Source: Octopus sinensis
Taxonomy: Eukaryota
NCBI RefSeq assembly: GCF_006345805.1
Contig: NC_043022.1
Span: 6,324,001-6,388,000, forward strand
DNA length: 64,000 nucleotides
Direction: 5' to 3'
Position numbers and translations under genes: made by a program. Of the stretch, positions 23,778 through 36,660 are shown in pieces; position 1 is the stretch's first letter, and every line of letters starts with the position of its first letter. The notes below the pieces were generated by a model. The model was not told where the DNA came from. It worked only from the letters and a program-made list of their open reading frames with translations, and searched no databases.

Positions 23778-24209
23778 GGTGATCTTTCGTCTCTAGTAGA
23801 CCTTTCCGTCGATTTCCGTAAATTTTTTTTTTTTTTTTACATATGGGCTTGCGGGAACTTTTGAAGTAATATACATACATATACACATACACCGAGTAAA
23901 AAATTTCAGTTATCTCTCTCTTTCACACATTACTCTGTCTCTTCACACACACTAACAGAAGCACTTCACTTACACAACATACTGTCTGTCTCCCACACTC
24001 CATCAAACACACACACACGCACACACACACATGTACATCAATGCTTGCCATGCACGGTAACTTCAAAAGAATTTCCCTCGTCATATAATCGCTTTCTCTT
24101 AGTCTCTTTCGCTCTCATTACTTCAAAAGTTCCCGCAAGCCCATATGTAAAAAAAAAAATTTTTTTTACGGAAATCGACGTAAAGGTCTACTAGAGACGA
24201 AAGATTGCC
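23778..24209. mobile_element. Merlin-like MITE, 432 bp, with about 95-bp TIRs
   Basis: Termini GG(T/C)(G/A)ATCTTTCG; 8-bp TSD AGCTAACC at 23770-23777 and 24210-24217. Confidence 0.75.
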
Positions 24210-24484
24210 AGCTAACCTAAGCACAAAGTCTGTTGTCTGACGCTCTACCAATTCTGTCAGGCACTAATCTAAGCGAAGAATAACCATGATTGACTTTGAA
24301 AATATTCCGTAAAGTCTTTCTTCGTGCCTCGACTCGTTCCCAAATTGTCGTTGACACGGAAGTAGACATTTCGTTTGTTTTGAGCTGCTTATCTCTCCCT
24401 TCGGATATATATTGAGATTTATTATTGATATAGATATATAGAGATATAGATATAGACAGACATTCTGTTATCTTCGTTGAGCTT

Positions 24485-24517
24485 ATACATATGTGTTTGT
24501 GTGTGTGAGTGTGTGTG

Positions 24518-24568
<51 letters not shown>

Positions 24569-24793
24569 TGTGTGTGTGTGTGTGTTTGTATGTGTTTGTG
24601 TGTGTGGTTTGTGTGTGTGTGTGTTTGTGTGTGTGGTGTGTTTTGTGTGTGTGGGTGTTTGTGTGGTGTGTGTGTGTGTGGTGTGTTGTGTTTGTGTGTG
24701 GTGTGTGTGGTTTTGTGTGAGTGTGTTTGTGTGAGTGTGTGTGTGTGTGTGTTGTGTTTGTGTGTGTGTTTGTGAGTTTGTGTGTGTGTGTGA

Positions 24794-24828
<35 letters not shown>

Positions 24829-24837
24829 TGTGTGTGT

Positions 24838-24870
<33 letters not shown>

Positions 24871-25035
24871 TTGTGTGTGTGAGTGTGTGTGTGTGTATGA
24901 GTGTGTGTTTGTGAGTTTGTGTGTGTGTGTGAGTGTGTGTGTGTTTGTGTGTGTGTTTGTGTGTGTGTTTGTGTGTGTGTGTTTGTGTGTGTGGGTGTTT
25001 GTATGTGTGTGTGTGTGTGTGAGTGTGTGTGTGAT
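24485..25035. repeat. Interrupted (GT)n microsatellite, about 550 bp
   Basis: Directly visible; explains the His/Thr and Cys/Val ORFs. Confidence 0.95.
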
Positions 25036-25209
25036 TGCATGTTTTATCTCTGCTGTTTCTTTTGCATTGCCCAAAGTGGACGGAGCTTTGCCGAGGGGGA
25101 CCAGATGCCATCAGGAGTTTCGACCCTCAACCTTAACACCCACCTTATGCTAGGTTAGCAGGGGTGGCCAAATCATTGCTTATCTCCTGGATGTATTTTA
25201 TTCTTGTAT

Positions 25210-26250
25210 TTTTTCAGTCATTTGACTGCGGTCATGCTGGAGCACCACCTTTAGTCGAGCAAATATCAACACCAGGACTTATTTTTTGTAAGCCTAGAAC
25301 TTATTCTATCGGTCTCTTTTGCCGAACCGCTTGTCAAGTGATTTTGGGACGACAAACACACACACACACACACACACGACGGGCTTCTTTCAGTTTCCGT
25401 CTACGAAATCCACTCACAAGGCATTGGTTGGCCCGGGGCTATAGTAGAAGACACTTGCCCAAGGTGTCATGCAGTGGGACTGAACCCAGAACCATGTGGT
25501 TGGTAAGCAAGCTACTTACCACACAGCCACTCCTGCGCATATCATCATCATCATCGTTTAACGTCCGCTTTCCATGCTAGCATGGGTTGGACGATTTTGA
25601 CTGAGATCTGGCGAACCAGATGGCTGCACCAGTCTCCAATCTGATCTGGCAGAGTTTCTACAGTTGGATGCCCTTCCTAACGCCAACCACTCCGAGAGTG
25701 TAGTGGGTGCTTTTACATGCTACCGGCACGAGGGCCAGTCAGGCGGTACTGGCAACGGCCACGCTCAAATGGTGCTTTTTATGTGCCACCTGCACAGGAG
25801 CCAGTCCAGTGGCACTGGCAACAACCTCACTCGAATGTTTTTTCATGTGCCACCAGCACAAGTGCAAGTAAGGTAACGCAGGTAACAATCACGCTCGAAT
25901 GGTGTTTTTAACATGCCATCGGCACCGAGGCCAGTTTGTTGCTCTGGGCACAATCTCACTCGTATGGTACTCTTAGCGCTCCACTAGCACAGATGCCAGG
26001 CATCGAATTTGATTTCGATTTTGATTTCACTTGCCTCAACAAGTTGCGACCGCGTATGTACCGTTGGCGATTTTTTTTTCCTCCGTCTTCCCTTCCTTAG
26101 ACTTTTCCTTTTACCTATGTTTCTGACGAAGAGCTCCACTCGAAACATTAAATCCTCCTTCTTTCTTTCCTTTCCTGAGCGTCCAATAATACTATATTTG
26201 TTCCACGTCCTCACATTGTTGCGTTTTCTCTTTGTGTTTTCATGTTTGGA
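25210..26250 (-). mobile_element. CORE-type SINE (25210-25540) abutting a longer (GAT)n-tailed retroposon (25545-26250)
   Basis: The same junction ATCATCATCGTTTAACGTCCGCTTTCCATGC recurs at about 33600-33790. Confidence 0.7.
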
Positions 26251-26255
26251 TTAAC

Positions 26256-26293
<38 letters not shown>

Positions 26294-26660
26294 AAATATA
26301 TACACACACACACACACACATTTAGACAGACAGGAAGGCAGGCAAGCAAGCAGGCAGGTAAGTCATCCCTATTATCCTCATTCAGCATCCACTTTCTGAG
26401 CTGACATGGGTGTGACTAATGACAAAGGCTTAAGTCCGAGCATATTCAGGAAGGCAGTTCTCATCTAGAAAGGTCACAATGCCTCATCTTGCTCATGAAA
26501 TTCACTTTCGGTTTCTGCAACTGGACGCCATCCTAATGCCAACCACTTTGCAGAGTATACTAGATATTCTATTCATGGCACAGCACAACAGAGGCAGCCA
26601 TGTTTACAACATGTGTAAACATGGCCTCTAAGGTTATCCTTTGCTTTTTGTATTGAGTGA

Positions 26661-26755
26661 GAGTGATAAGTCATGCCATGAGTGATAAGTCATGCCATGA
26701 GTGATAAGTCATGCCATGAGTGATAAGTCATGCGAAGAGTGATAAGATGACTCAG
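26661..26755 (+). repeat. 19-bp tandem repeat GAGTGATAAGTCATGCCAT, about 4.5 copies
   Basis: Units at 26661, 26680, 26699, 26718 and 26737. Confidence 0.9.
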
Positions 26756-26787
26756 TATTCTGAGACAAATACATTCAATCAAGTTTA

Positions 26788-28583
26788 TGAGGTGGTATCA
26801 AAGGGTTCCCCGACTAGTTGTGTGGCGTGCCAACAGATGGCAGCACATGGTTGCGTGTACAGTGAGAGCTAGCAGTGACCTCTATGGGGCAGTGTGTCAA
26901 GTGACATTGCTGGGTTTACTTCACAAGTTGTAAAATTTGTGATTTTGTGATGTGGTGTCTGCTGTAGTCTGCAATTTTTGTCATGGACAGGAAGTTGGAA
27001 CAAAGAGCCAACATGGAACTTTGTGTTAAACTTAGGAAGTCTGCTGCAGAGACATTGAGCATGCTTTGGCAAGATTACGGCGATGAAGCAATGGGTCGTA
27101 TGCAATGTTTCGAGGGGCACGGGTGCTTCAAAAGTGGAAAAATGTCCCTGGAAGATGATGAGCGATTTGGAAGACATGTCACGAGTGTCAGCCCCGGAAA
27201 TGGGGAGGAAATTTATCAGCTTGTGCATGAGGATCGTCCAAGGACAACCGTTGACATTGCTGATGTTGTTCGTCTGTCTTATAGGTCCATGCAGGCAATC
27301 CTAACGCCTGAATACGCAGCATGTCTACCAGTTTTGTCCCCCGACTTGCTGACCCCTGAGTAGAAAGAATATCATGTTCAAGTTTGTCAAGATCTCTGCT
27401 GATGCTGATGACCCCTTCTTCAAGTTGAGGATCATCACCGGTGACGAGAGTTGGGTCTACTGGTACGACTCTGAAATTTAAGGCGGTGAGCTGGCAGAAA
27501 CGTTAGCACGCCGGGCGAAATGCGTAGCCGTATTCCATCAGCCGTTATGTTCTGAGTTCAAATTCCGCCGAGGTCAACTTTGCCTTTCATCCTTTTGGGG
27601 TCGATAAGTTAAGTACCAGTTACGCACTGGGGTCGATGTAATCGACTTAATCTGTTTGTCTGTCCTTGTTTGTCCTCTCTGTGTTTAGCCCCTTGTGGGT
27701 AGTAAAGAAATAGGTATGACCCTGAAAAAGGCGGCGATCTGGCAGAAACGTTAGTACGCTGGGCGAAATGCTTAGCGGTATTTCGTCTGCGTTACGTTGT
27801 GAGTTCAAATTCCGCCGAGGTCGACTTAGCCTTTCATCCTTTCGGGGTCGATAAATTAAGTACCAGTTACGCACTGGGGTCGATGTAATCGACTTAATCC
27901 GTCTGTCTGTCCTTGTTTGTCCCCTCTGTGTTTAGCCCCTTGTAGGTAATAAAGAAATAGGTATGACCCTGAAATGAAGTCGCAGTTACTGCAATGGAAG
28001 AGGCCCTTATCCCCTTGACCAAAGAAGGAACAGAGTCACAGCTCAATCACGAGCATGCTCTTCGATTTTTGGGGGTTTGTTTTTTCGACATCTGAGGTAT
28101 TGTGCAGACAGTCAATCGAGGGTTCTACTTTGATGTTTCGAAGCGTTTGGGTGAGAACATTCGACGAAAGTGACCCCGATCTGTGGACCGTGAAGAATTG
28201 GATTCTTCATGACAACAATGCACCCTATCACCGGACTCTCCTCACTCGGAAATTTCTCGCCAAAATACATAGTATTGCTTCCGCACCAGCCCTATTCGCC
28301 AGATCTAGCACCTGCAGACTTCCATCTCTTTCCCAAAATGAAAATGCAACTCAAAGGTTGCCGGTTTAACACTATTGTCGAGATCCAGAACACATTGCAG
28401 AAGCACCTCGACTCACTTTTGGAAAGCAACTTCCAGGCCAGATTCCAAAAGTGGTGGGAACGCTGGGACCGGTGTATTGCTGTGCAAGGTGTGACAATTC
28501 CAAAGGAGATGATGTTATAACTTAGGTAAATAAGTAATTTTCCATTAAAATAACTAATCCTGGAACTTTTTCATATCACCTTG
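26788..28583 (+). mobile_element. Full-length decayed mariner (DD34D) transposon split by a SINE dimer
   Basis: Imperfect TIRs of about 31 bp flanked by TA (26786-26787, 28584-28585); transposase motifs EQRAN, DDERFGR, ITGDESWVYWYD, HDNNAPYH and PYSPDLAPADFHLF with frameshifts. Confidence 0.92.
27478..27960 (+). mobile_element. Two complete type B SINEs, each bounded by the same 15-bp target sequence
   Basis: GGTA(C/T)GAC(T/C)CTGAAA at 27462-27476, 27713-27727 and about 27960-27974. Confidence 0.88.
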
Positions 28584-28793
28584 TAAGAGGACAAGAGTTC
28601 AAATCTCACTAAGGCCAACCTTCTCTTTTATGCTTTTTGCGGTATTTCTTCTAATTCATTATATTCTGAATTCAGGTTTGCCTTTCGTCCCTGCAGGGGT
28701 CAATGAAATAAATTACCAGTTAAGTAATGGATTCAATGATAATGATGAAACGTCCCTCCTCTACTGCCCTTATGCCTCAATTAGAAATTATTA

Positions 28794-28844
<51 letters not shown>

Positions 28845-28854
28845 GACGATTTGA

Positions 28855-29620
28855 CTTGGGTTCGTTCTTATTCCTGGTAGAATTTATGTGGGCATCAGGT
28901 CACTGCCTGTAACCTGATGGGTCCACAAACTTTCAATAGTCTTTCAAGTGCTTAGAACCCTCCTGATAATCTTCCCTGTCCCTAAGAGGCAGACTTTCTG
29001 TAGAAGTTCTACAGGACATTCCATTCTATTCCAATCTCTGACAATCATTTGTCCATCTTTACTCGAATCTGAATTGATCTTATTCCTGCTAGAATTTATG
29101 CAAGTAGGGGGTTTCTTCCTGTAACCTTAGATATCCATACGATTTCAATAAGCCTTCAAGAACTTGAAACCCTTATGATGACCCTTCCTGTTCTGAAGAG
29201 GCAAACCTTCTGCGGAAGTTCTATAGAACATTCTATTCCAATCTCCTTTAACCATTTGTCTATATCATTACTCACAGTCCCTTAATAAACCAATTATCCC
29301 AAGTACCACCTTTACAGATTTCACATTCCTGATCCTTGCAATCTCTGCTTTTAAGGGATTGTATTCTTTTAACTTTCATCAAAATCCTAGAATCAAACAG
29401 ACATAAGGGATCGATTAGTAAGCACCTTGGGCTCCCTGTTTCTTATAACCATTGCCCTTTTGCCTACCAAGCCAGATGTTTGTTCCATATACATCCTCAG
29501 AGACTTTCCAAAACTGACCATGCAAAAGGTTCTCTTTAATCTCTTTAACATGTTCTCTTTGAATTTCAATGTCTTTTTCTCCGATTCCACTCGTGATCAC
29601 CTTATCTCTATTTCTCATAT
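28855..29620 (-). mobile_element. Decayed CR1-type LINE RT fragments with a duplicated 3' segment
   Basis: Minus-strand fragments such as ESMSKYIYNWFIKG, VRPHINST and PHIRPLV-like motifs; two similar 3' blocks at 28870-29080 and 29080-29260. Confidence 0.5.
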
Positions 29621-30027
29621 TCTTTTACTCATTTCAGTCCTTTGACTGTGACCCTGCTGGAGCTCTGCCTTGAAGGATTTTAGTCAAATCAACCAACATT
29701 TTTTAAAACTTGATACTTGTTCTAACAGTTTCTTTTGCCAAACTGCTAAGTTACAGAGACAAACATACCCACAGTGGTTGCCAAGTGGTGGTGGGACATT
29801 TCACACATACACACAAGTGCACGCACACACAGACGCAGGGCTTCTTTCAGTTTCCATCTACCAAATCTACTCACAAGGATTTGGTCAGCCCGAGGCTATA
29901 GCAGAAGACACTTGCACAAGGTGTCACATAGTGGGACTGAACCTGGAACCATGTGGTTGGGAAGCAAGCTTCTTACCACACACCCAAACTTGCCTTTAGT
30001 AACTATTATTATTATTATTATTATTAT

Positions 30028-30719
30028 TAAGGTAGCAAGCTGGCAGAGTTGTTAGCACACCAGACAAAATGCTTTGTAGCATTTCATCCGTCTTTATGTT
30101 TTTCTGAGTTCAAATTTCACCAAGGTCAATTTGCCTTTAATCCTTTTGGGGTCAATAAATTAAGTACCAGTGAAACACTGGGGTAAGGAAATTCACTAGT
30201 TCCCCGACCCCAAATTTCAGGCCTTATGCTTATAAAGGATTATCATTATTAAGAAAGGTGGCAAACTGGCAGGGTCATTTAGCACACCAGGTGAAATGCT
30301 TAGCGGCACTTTGCCAGTCGCTACATCCCGAGTTCAAATTCTGCCAAGGTCAACATTGCCTCTTAACCTTTTGGGGTCGATAAATTAAGTACCAGTGAAA
30401 CATTGGGGTCAGTGTAATTGACTAGACCCCTTCCCCACAATTTCAGGCCTTGTACCTTTAGTAGAAAGGATTATTATTATTATTATTAAGGTGCTGAGAT
30501 GGCAGAATTGTTAGCATGCCAGGCAAAATGTTTCGCAGCATTTTATCTGTTCTTAGGTTCTGAGTTCAAATTCTACCGAGGTCAACTTTGCCTTTTATCC
30601 TTTTGGGTTTGTTAGACTAAGTCCTTGCCGAGCACTGGGGTCAACGTCATCGACTTACCCCTTGGGCTTGTGCCAAGATCTGAAACCATTATTATTATTA
30701 TTATTATTATTATCATTAA

Positions 30720-30750
<31 letters not shown>
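30028..30750 (+). mobile_element. Train of three old type A SINEs joined through their (ATT)n tails
   Basis: Heads follow ATTATTAAG at about 30028, 30250 and 30486; each unit ends in GGATTATT or CCATTATT. Confidence 0.8.
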
Positions 30751-30753
<3 letters not shown>

Positions 30754-30959
30754 GCTTGACACACTTTGAGAAATTCAGTGCAAATTACTTGTCTGGACAG
30801 GAGCTGACAAGAAACAAAATCTGGCAGCTGTTCTGATTAAAGACAACTGATTATTAATTACTTATTCGTTTGTTTTCCCCCTCTACCCCCAACCCCTAAC
30901 TTTTTTTTCAGCATTTCTTTCTCCTCAAAAGGACAGTCAGTGACTGACACCAGAGGGAG

Positions 30960-30990
<31 letters not shown>

Positions 30991-31449
30991 ATCCTTATGT
31001 AACAACTCAAGAAACACCGGATACTTAAAAAGAAAATAAGGAAAAAACAAAACAAAACAAAACAAAACAAATAAAAAAACATTGGATTAAACTAATGCAA
31101 ATACAACTATTTCGAATGCTGGAATAATAACAACAACAACAATAATAACAATAACATTTTCTGCCCTGGTGATATAAGATTTCTTCAATTCAGTTTTCTC
31201 GGGTAAATTTTGGTGAAACTAAACGTTACAAGTCATTTCATTCTTTAGCTTCCATTGCTTAACTTTCCAACAATATATATTACAAATATATACATATATA
31301 TACATATATACATTTATATATATAATATATATATTATATATATATATTATTTTATAGAAGGAGCTTCTATAAAATAAATTACTTTACTCTGCTATGTATT
31401 GAGAACACATTATTTACTGTGGTTAACTCCGACTCAACCCGGGACCTAC

Positions 31450-31488
<39 letters not shown>

Positions 31489-31710
31489 TATATATTAGTC
31501 TTATGATGGCTTGGATGGCCCAACTTTCAAAGGCACTATTAATACTAATCTTTTTACAGTAGAATAAATTTGTACACTACAAAAGTATGGAGTAACACTT
31601 CAGATTAATGTAAAAAATTTTTTAATTACATCTGAACATAAAAACAAACATTATTATATATATATCTCATCTCTCTCTCTCACTATATATATATATGTGT
31701 GTATATATAT

Positions 31711-31741
<31 letters not shown>

Positions 31742-32009
31742 AATGTGAAGGCATCCTAAAATACACTTCTACCGATCCGTTTCTTGTTGTCTCCTTTACG
31801 GAAAGAAGAAAACGTTCACAGATTCCATCACCAAAGAAGAGAAAGGAGCTCAAACTGAACGAAGGTATTGTGATTTTTAAAATCTTTACTCGAAGGGCAC
31901 ACACACACACACCTACCCATACACACACTTATCCACATCTCCCCTACAAGGGAGTTAAAAGCAAAACCACAGGGTTGTGAAAATGCAAATCCATTTGAGG
32001 GCCTCCCAA

Positions 32010-32585
32010 CATGCGTGTATGTGTGTGTGTGTGTGTATGTGTGTGTGTGTGCGTGTATATGAATATATGTGTGTATGAATGTATGTGTGTATGTATGCAT
32101 GTGTGTATGTATGTGTGTATGAATGTATGTGTGTATGTGTGTATGAATGTATGTGTGTATGTATGTGTGTATGAATGTATGTGTGTATGTATGTATGGGT
32201 GTATGTGTGTATGTATGTGTGTATGTATGTGTGTATGAATGTATGTATGTATGTATGTGTGTATGTATGTATGTGTGTGTATGTATGTATGTATGTGTGT
32301 GTGTATGTATGTGTGCATGTATGTATGTATGTATGTATGTGTGTGTATGTATGTATGTATGTATGTATGTGTGTGTGTATGTGTGTGTGTATGTATGTAT
32401 GTGTGTATGTAAGTATGTATATCAATATATACACACACACACATCTATGTGTGTGTGCATGTGTATGTATTTATATTTATATACACACATACACACACGT
32501 ATGTGTATATGCGTGTGTGTATGTATTCATGTCTATATATGTATACACACACATACACACACACACACGTATGCATATATGTGTG
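32010..32585. repeat. (TATG/TGTG)n compound microsatellite
   Basis: Directly visible; similar arrays at 33180-33400 and 43510-43985. Confidence 0.95.
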
Positions 32586-32984
32586 TCCTATGAGTCCTTT
32601 GACATCCGAACAGAACAACTGATGATCGTAGAGCAGATAGTGTTACGTATGATTGATTGATTGATTCTAGTTTCAGCTCATGAGCTGTGGCCATGCTGGG
32701 GCACCACCATTATGGCAAGATAAAGAGAAGGTCTCCCAACAGACACTGTGATAAAAGAATAGCAGAAAGGAATTGAAATATGTTGAATTAAAAGTAGGCG
32801 TTGGCAGTGTGGTGAGAAAATTGCTTCCCCACTACACGGTTCTGGGTTCAGTTCCACTGTATGGCACCTTGGGCAAGTGTCTTCTACGATAGGCTTGGGG
32901 CCAACCAAAGCCTTGAGATAGGATTTGGTAGGCAGAAACTGAAAGAAGCCCACCATATATACATTCTCTTTTACTCTTTTAATC

Positions 32985-33552
32985 TTTTACTTGTGTCAGT
33001 CATGTGACTGTGGCCATGCTGGAGCACCACCTTTAGTCGAACAAATTGACCCCAGGACTTATTCTTTGTAAGCCTAGAACTTATTCTATCGGTCTCTTTA
33101 GCCAAACTGCTAAGTTACGGGCAAATAAACACACCAGCATTGGTTGTCAAGCGATGTTGGGGGGACAAACACAGACACACAAACACACACACACATATAT
33201 ACATATATGTATGTGTGTATGTATGTGTGTGTATGTATGTATGTAAGTATGTATGTGTGTGTGTATGAATGTATGTGTGTATGTATGTGTGTATGAATGT
33301 ATGTGTGTATGTATGTGTGTATGAATGTATGTGTGTATGTATGTATGTATGTATGTATGTATGTATGTATGTATGTATGTATGTATGTGTGTATGTATGT
33401 ATGTTTCTGTCTACCAAATCCACTCACAAGGCTTTGGTCAGCCCGAGACTATAGTAGAAGACACTTGCCCAAGGTGCCACACAGTGGGACTGAACCCAGA
33501 ACCATGTGGTTTGCAAGCAAGCTACTTACCACACAGCCACTCCTATGCCTAT
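32985..33552 (-). mobile_element. CORE-type SINE whose internal microsatellite has expanded to about 230 bp
   Basis: Both SINE halves are intact on either side of (TATG)n at 33180-33405. Confidence 0.85.
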
Positions 33553-34467
33553 ATATATATAAATATATATATAGTAGAATAAAGAATAGAAAGTCCTTGG
33601 TATCATCATCATCATCATCATCATCATCATCGTTTAACGTCCGCTTTCCATGCTAGCATGGGTTGGACGATTTTGACTGAGGGCTAGCGAACCAGATAGT
33701 TGCACCAGTCTCCAATCTTGATTTGACAGAGTTTCTACAGCTGGATGCCCTTCCTAACGCCAACCACTCTGAGAGTGTAACCACTCCGAAAGTGTATCAT
33801 ATTATATAATTGAAAAAAGGAATAGAAATGGTTTTTTCTTATAACTTTTCCACTTTAATAATTGGATGTTTACAAGATGTGAATCCCCAAGAACCACTGG
33901 AATTTTCTTTGAAGTTGCACAGAATATTATGATCGTACTTCCTGGTAGACTGACAAAATTGGTATCAACAATAAAAGTACCCACAAATGTCTACATGAAA
34001 GAAACTGAAGTAAAAGGACCTTTTTTTTTTATCTTCCCCATTGGCATGTATCCAAATATCAACTTGTGAAGGGTTCAGATGCATTCAACAAAATGTAAAA
34101 TGAGCAAAGACCCACATTCTGTGAACCTTTGACCAGGCCACAGGAAATTGCAGTTAAATTTTTCCTTTTCGAGATATCTGTAACTACAGTTTCTGCCAAA
34201 GGAAGAAGGGGGGGGGTGCATGTACTGGTCGAATAATGCCCCATGCACGTGATATGGGGTTTTCCAATGTCAGGGATAATCTAAAGTGTTTGAGGAAATA
34301 ATACTCATATACAACCAATGGCCTTTTTGAACAACCAACATAATATGAGAGAATTAGTTTGCTGTGATAAAAGACTTGAAGTGTTATATACGTATATGTA
34401 TGTGTGTGTGTGTGTGTATATAGAGAGAGAGAGAAAGAGAGAGAAATACATATATGTATTGTGTTGT

Positions 34468-34521
<54 letters not shown>

Positions 34522-34598
34522 TACATATATGTATATGTGTGTATGTGTATATATATAATATATATATATAGAGAGAGAGAGAGAAATACATATATGTA

Positions 34599-34648
<50 letters not shown>

Positions 34649-34703
34649 TAGAGAAGAGAGAGAGAGAAATACATATATGTATGTGTGTGTGTGTGTATAT
34701 ATA

Positions 34704-34748
<45 letters not shown>

Positions 34749-35204
34749 AATACATATATGTATGTGTATATATATATATTATATATAAGAGAGAGAGAGA
34801 GAGAGAGAGAGAATACATATATTATGTGTGTGTGTGTTGGTATATAATATTATATATATAATATATATAGAGAGAAGAGAGAGGAGGGGAGAGAGAGAGA
34901 GAGATAGAGAAGAAAATACATATATGTGTATATACATATATACATATTAAAGATAAATAGAGAAGACAGAATGTTGGTACGTTCCATCTGGTCTTCATTA
35001 TTAAATATATACTCATCTTTCACCCTGAATTCCCGAAATTCATACAACGATCATTGCAAACTATTGTTGATGATGCCTGGTACCCATAAGTGGTGAAGAT
35101 GCTCCGTGGACACACAACCCGGACTTACCCTGAAATAAGGTTTCCATACTGCATTCAATGCATACTTCCTAAACCTTAATTCTTAACTCTAAATTTTCAC
35201 TTAC

Positions 35205-35277
<73 letters not shown>

Positions 35278-35289
35278 ATATATATATAT

Positions 35290-35363
<74 letters not shown>

Positions 35364-35392
35364 ATATATATATATATATATATATATATATC

Positions 35393-35443
<51 letters not shown>

Positions 35444-35649
35444 GCATGCATGTAAGTATTTCACTTCGGTATTATTTTGATACTAATAACCTGGTGTAGA
35501 ACTCAATACACATATGCTTGTGAATGAAGTGTTACTCATGTGCAGAATGGTATAAGAGCTGCCAAACGACAATACATACATATGTGTATAATTATGTGTG
35601 TACATGTGTATATATATATATATATATAATATGGGTGTGTGTGTGTTTT

Positions 35650-35705
<56 letters not shown>

Positions 35706-35800
35706 GTGGTTTTAATAATAGAGTTTATTATAAGTAAATTTTTATTTAGATTATATAGATATTTATATCTTAAAAATATTGATTATATTTTAGGTTTTGA

Positions 35801-35854
35801 AACCACCTGAAGAATGTCTCAAAGATGTGCTGACACGAAACGATCGTAGTGGTT
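35801..35854 (+). ncRNA. Minimal type I hammerhead ribozyme motif in a Penelope-like remnant
   Basis: Stem I AACCAC/GTGGTT; core CTGAAGA; stem II TGTC/GACA; GAAA; stem III C-GATC-G (palindromic); cleavage triplet GTA. The 10.1-11.1 pair is A-C (degenerate). Confidence 0.7.
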
Positions 35855-36040
35855 ATTTATAATTGTTAAATTTTAATTTATATAAATTATTTTATGTATT
35901 GGCTTAAGTCTTTCTTTGTTTGATTTGCAAAATAGTGGTTTTGTCTCTAATTATTATAATATAATATTTTACTATAAAATTGGATTCAATCCTAAATCTG
36001 ATTTTTCCCTGTAAATTTGGATTTATTCCCTAATATTTAT

Positions 36041-36080
<40 letters not shown>

Positions 36081-36330
36081 GAAAAGGCTGAGTTCGTTTT
36101 CATCCTTTACTTTGGAGGGTTCCAAAGTTAAAATTAAAATTTTATAAAACTTTTAACATCTTCTCTTCTCCATCTTTGATTGCTTGTTGAGTTTCTATAA
36201 GATATATCTTCTATAGATGCTCATAACACACCTTATATATACATATATATATACACATATACATGTATAGTGCATACATATATATATATATATATATAGT
36301 GTGTGTGTGTGTGTGTGTATATATTTATCC

Positions 36331-36660
36331 TTTTCGATTCCCAGACCGGGCGTTGTGAGTGTTTATTGAGCGAAAACACCTAAAAGCTCCACGAGGCTCC
36401 AGCAGGGGATGGTGGTGATCCCTGCTGTACTCTTTCACCACAACTTTCTCTCACTCTTACTTCCTGTTTCTGTTGTACCTGTATTTCAAAGGGCCGGCCT
36501 TGTCACTCTCTGTGTCACGCTGAATATCCCCGAGAACTACGTTAAGGGTGCACGTGTCTGTGGAGTGCTCAGCCACTTACACGTTAATTTCACGAGCAGG
36601 CTGTTCCGTTGATTCGGATCAACCAGAACCCTCGTCGTCGTAACCGACGGAGTGCTTCCA
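36331..36660 (+). mobile_element. 5'-truncated copy of the 14452 SINE family with TSD
   Basis: TSD TATATTTATCC at 36320-36330 and 36661-36671. Confidence 0.88.
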
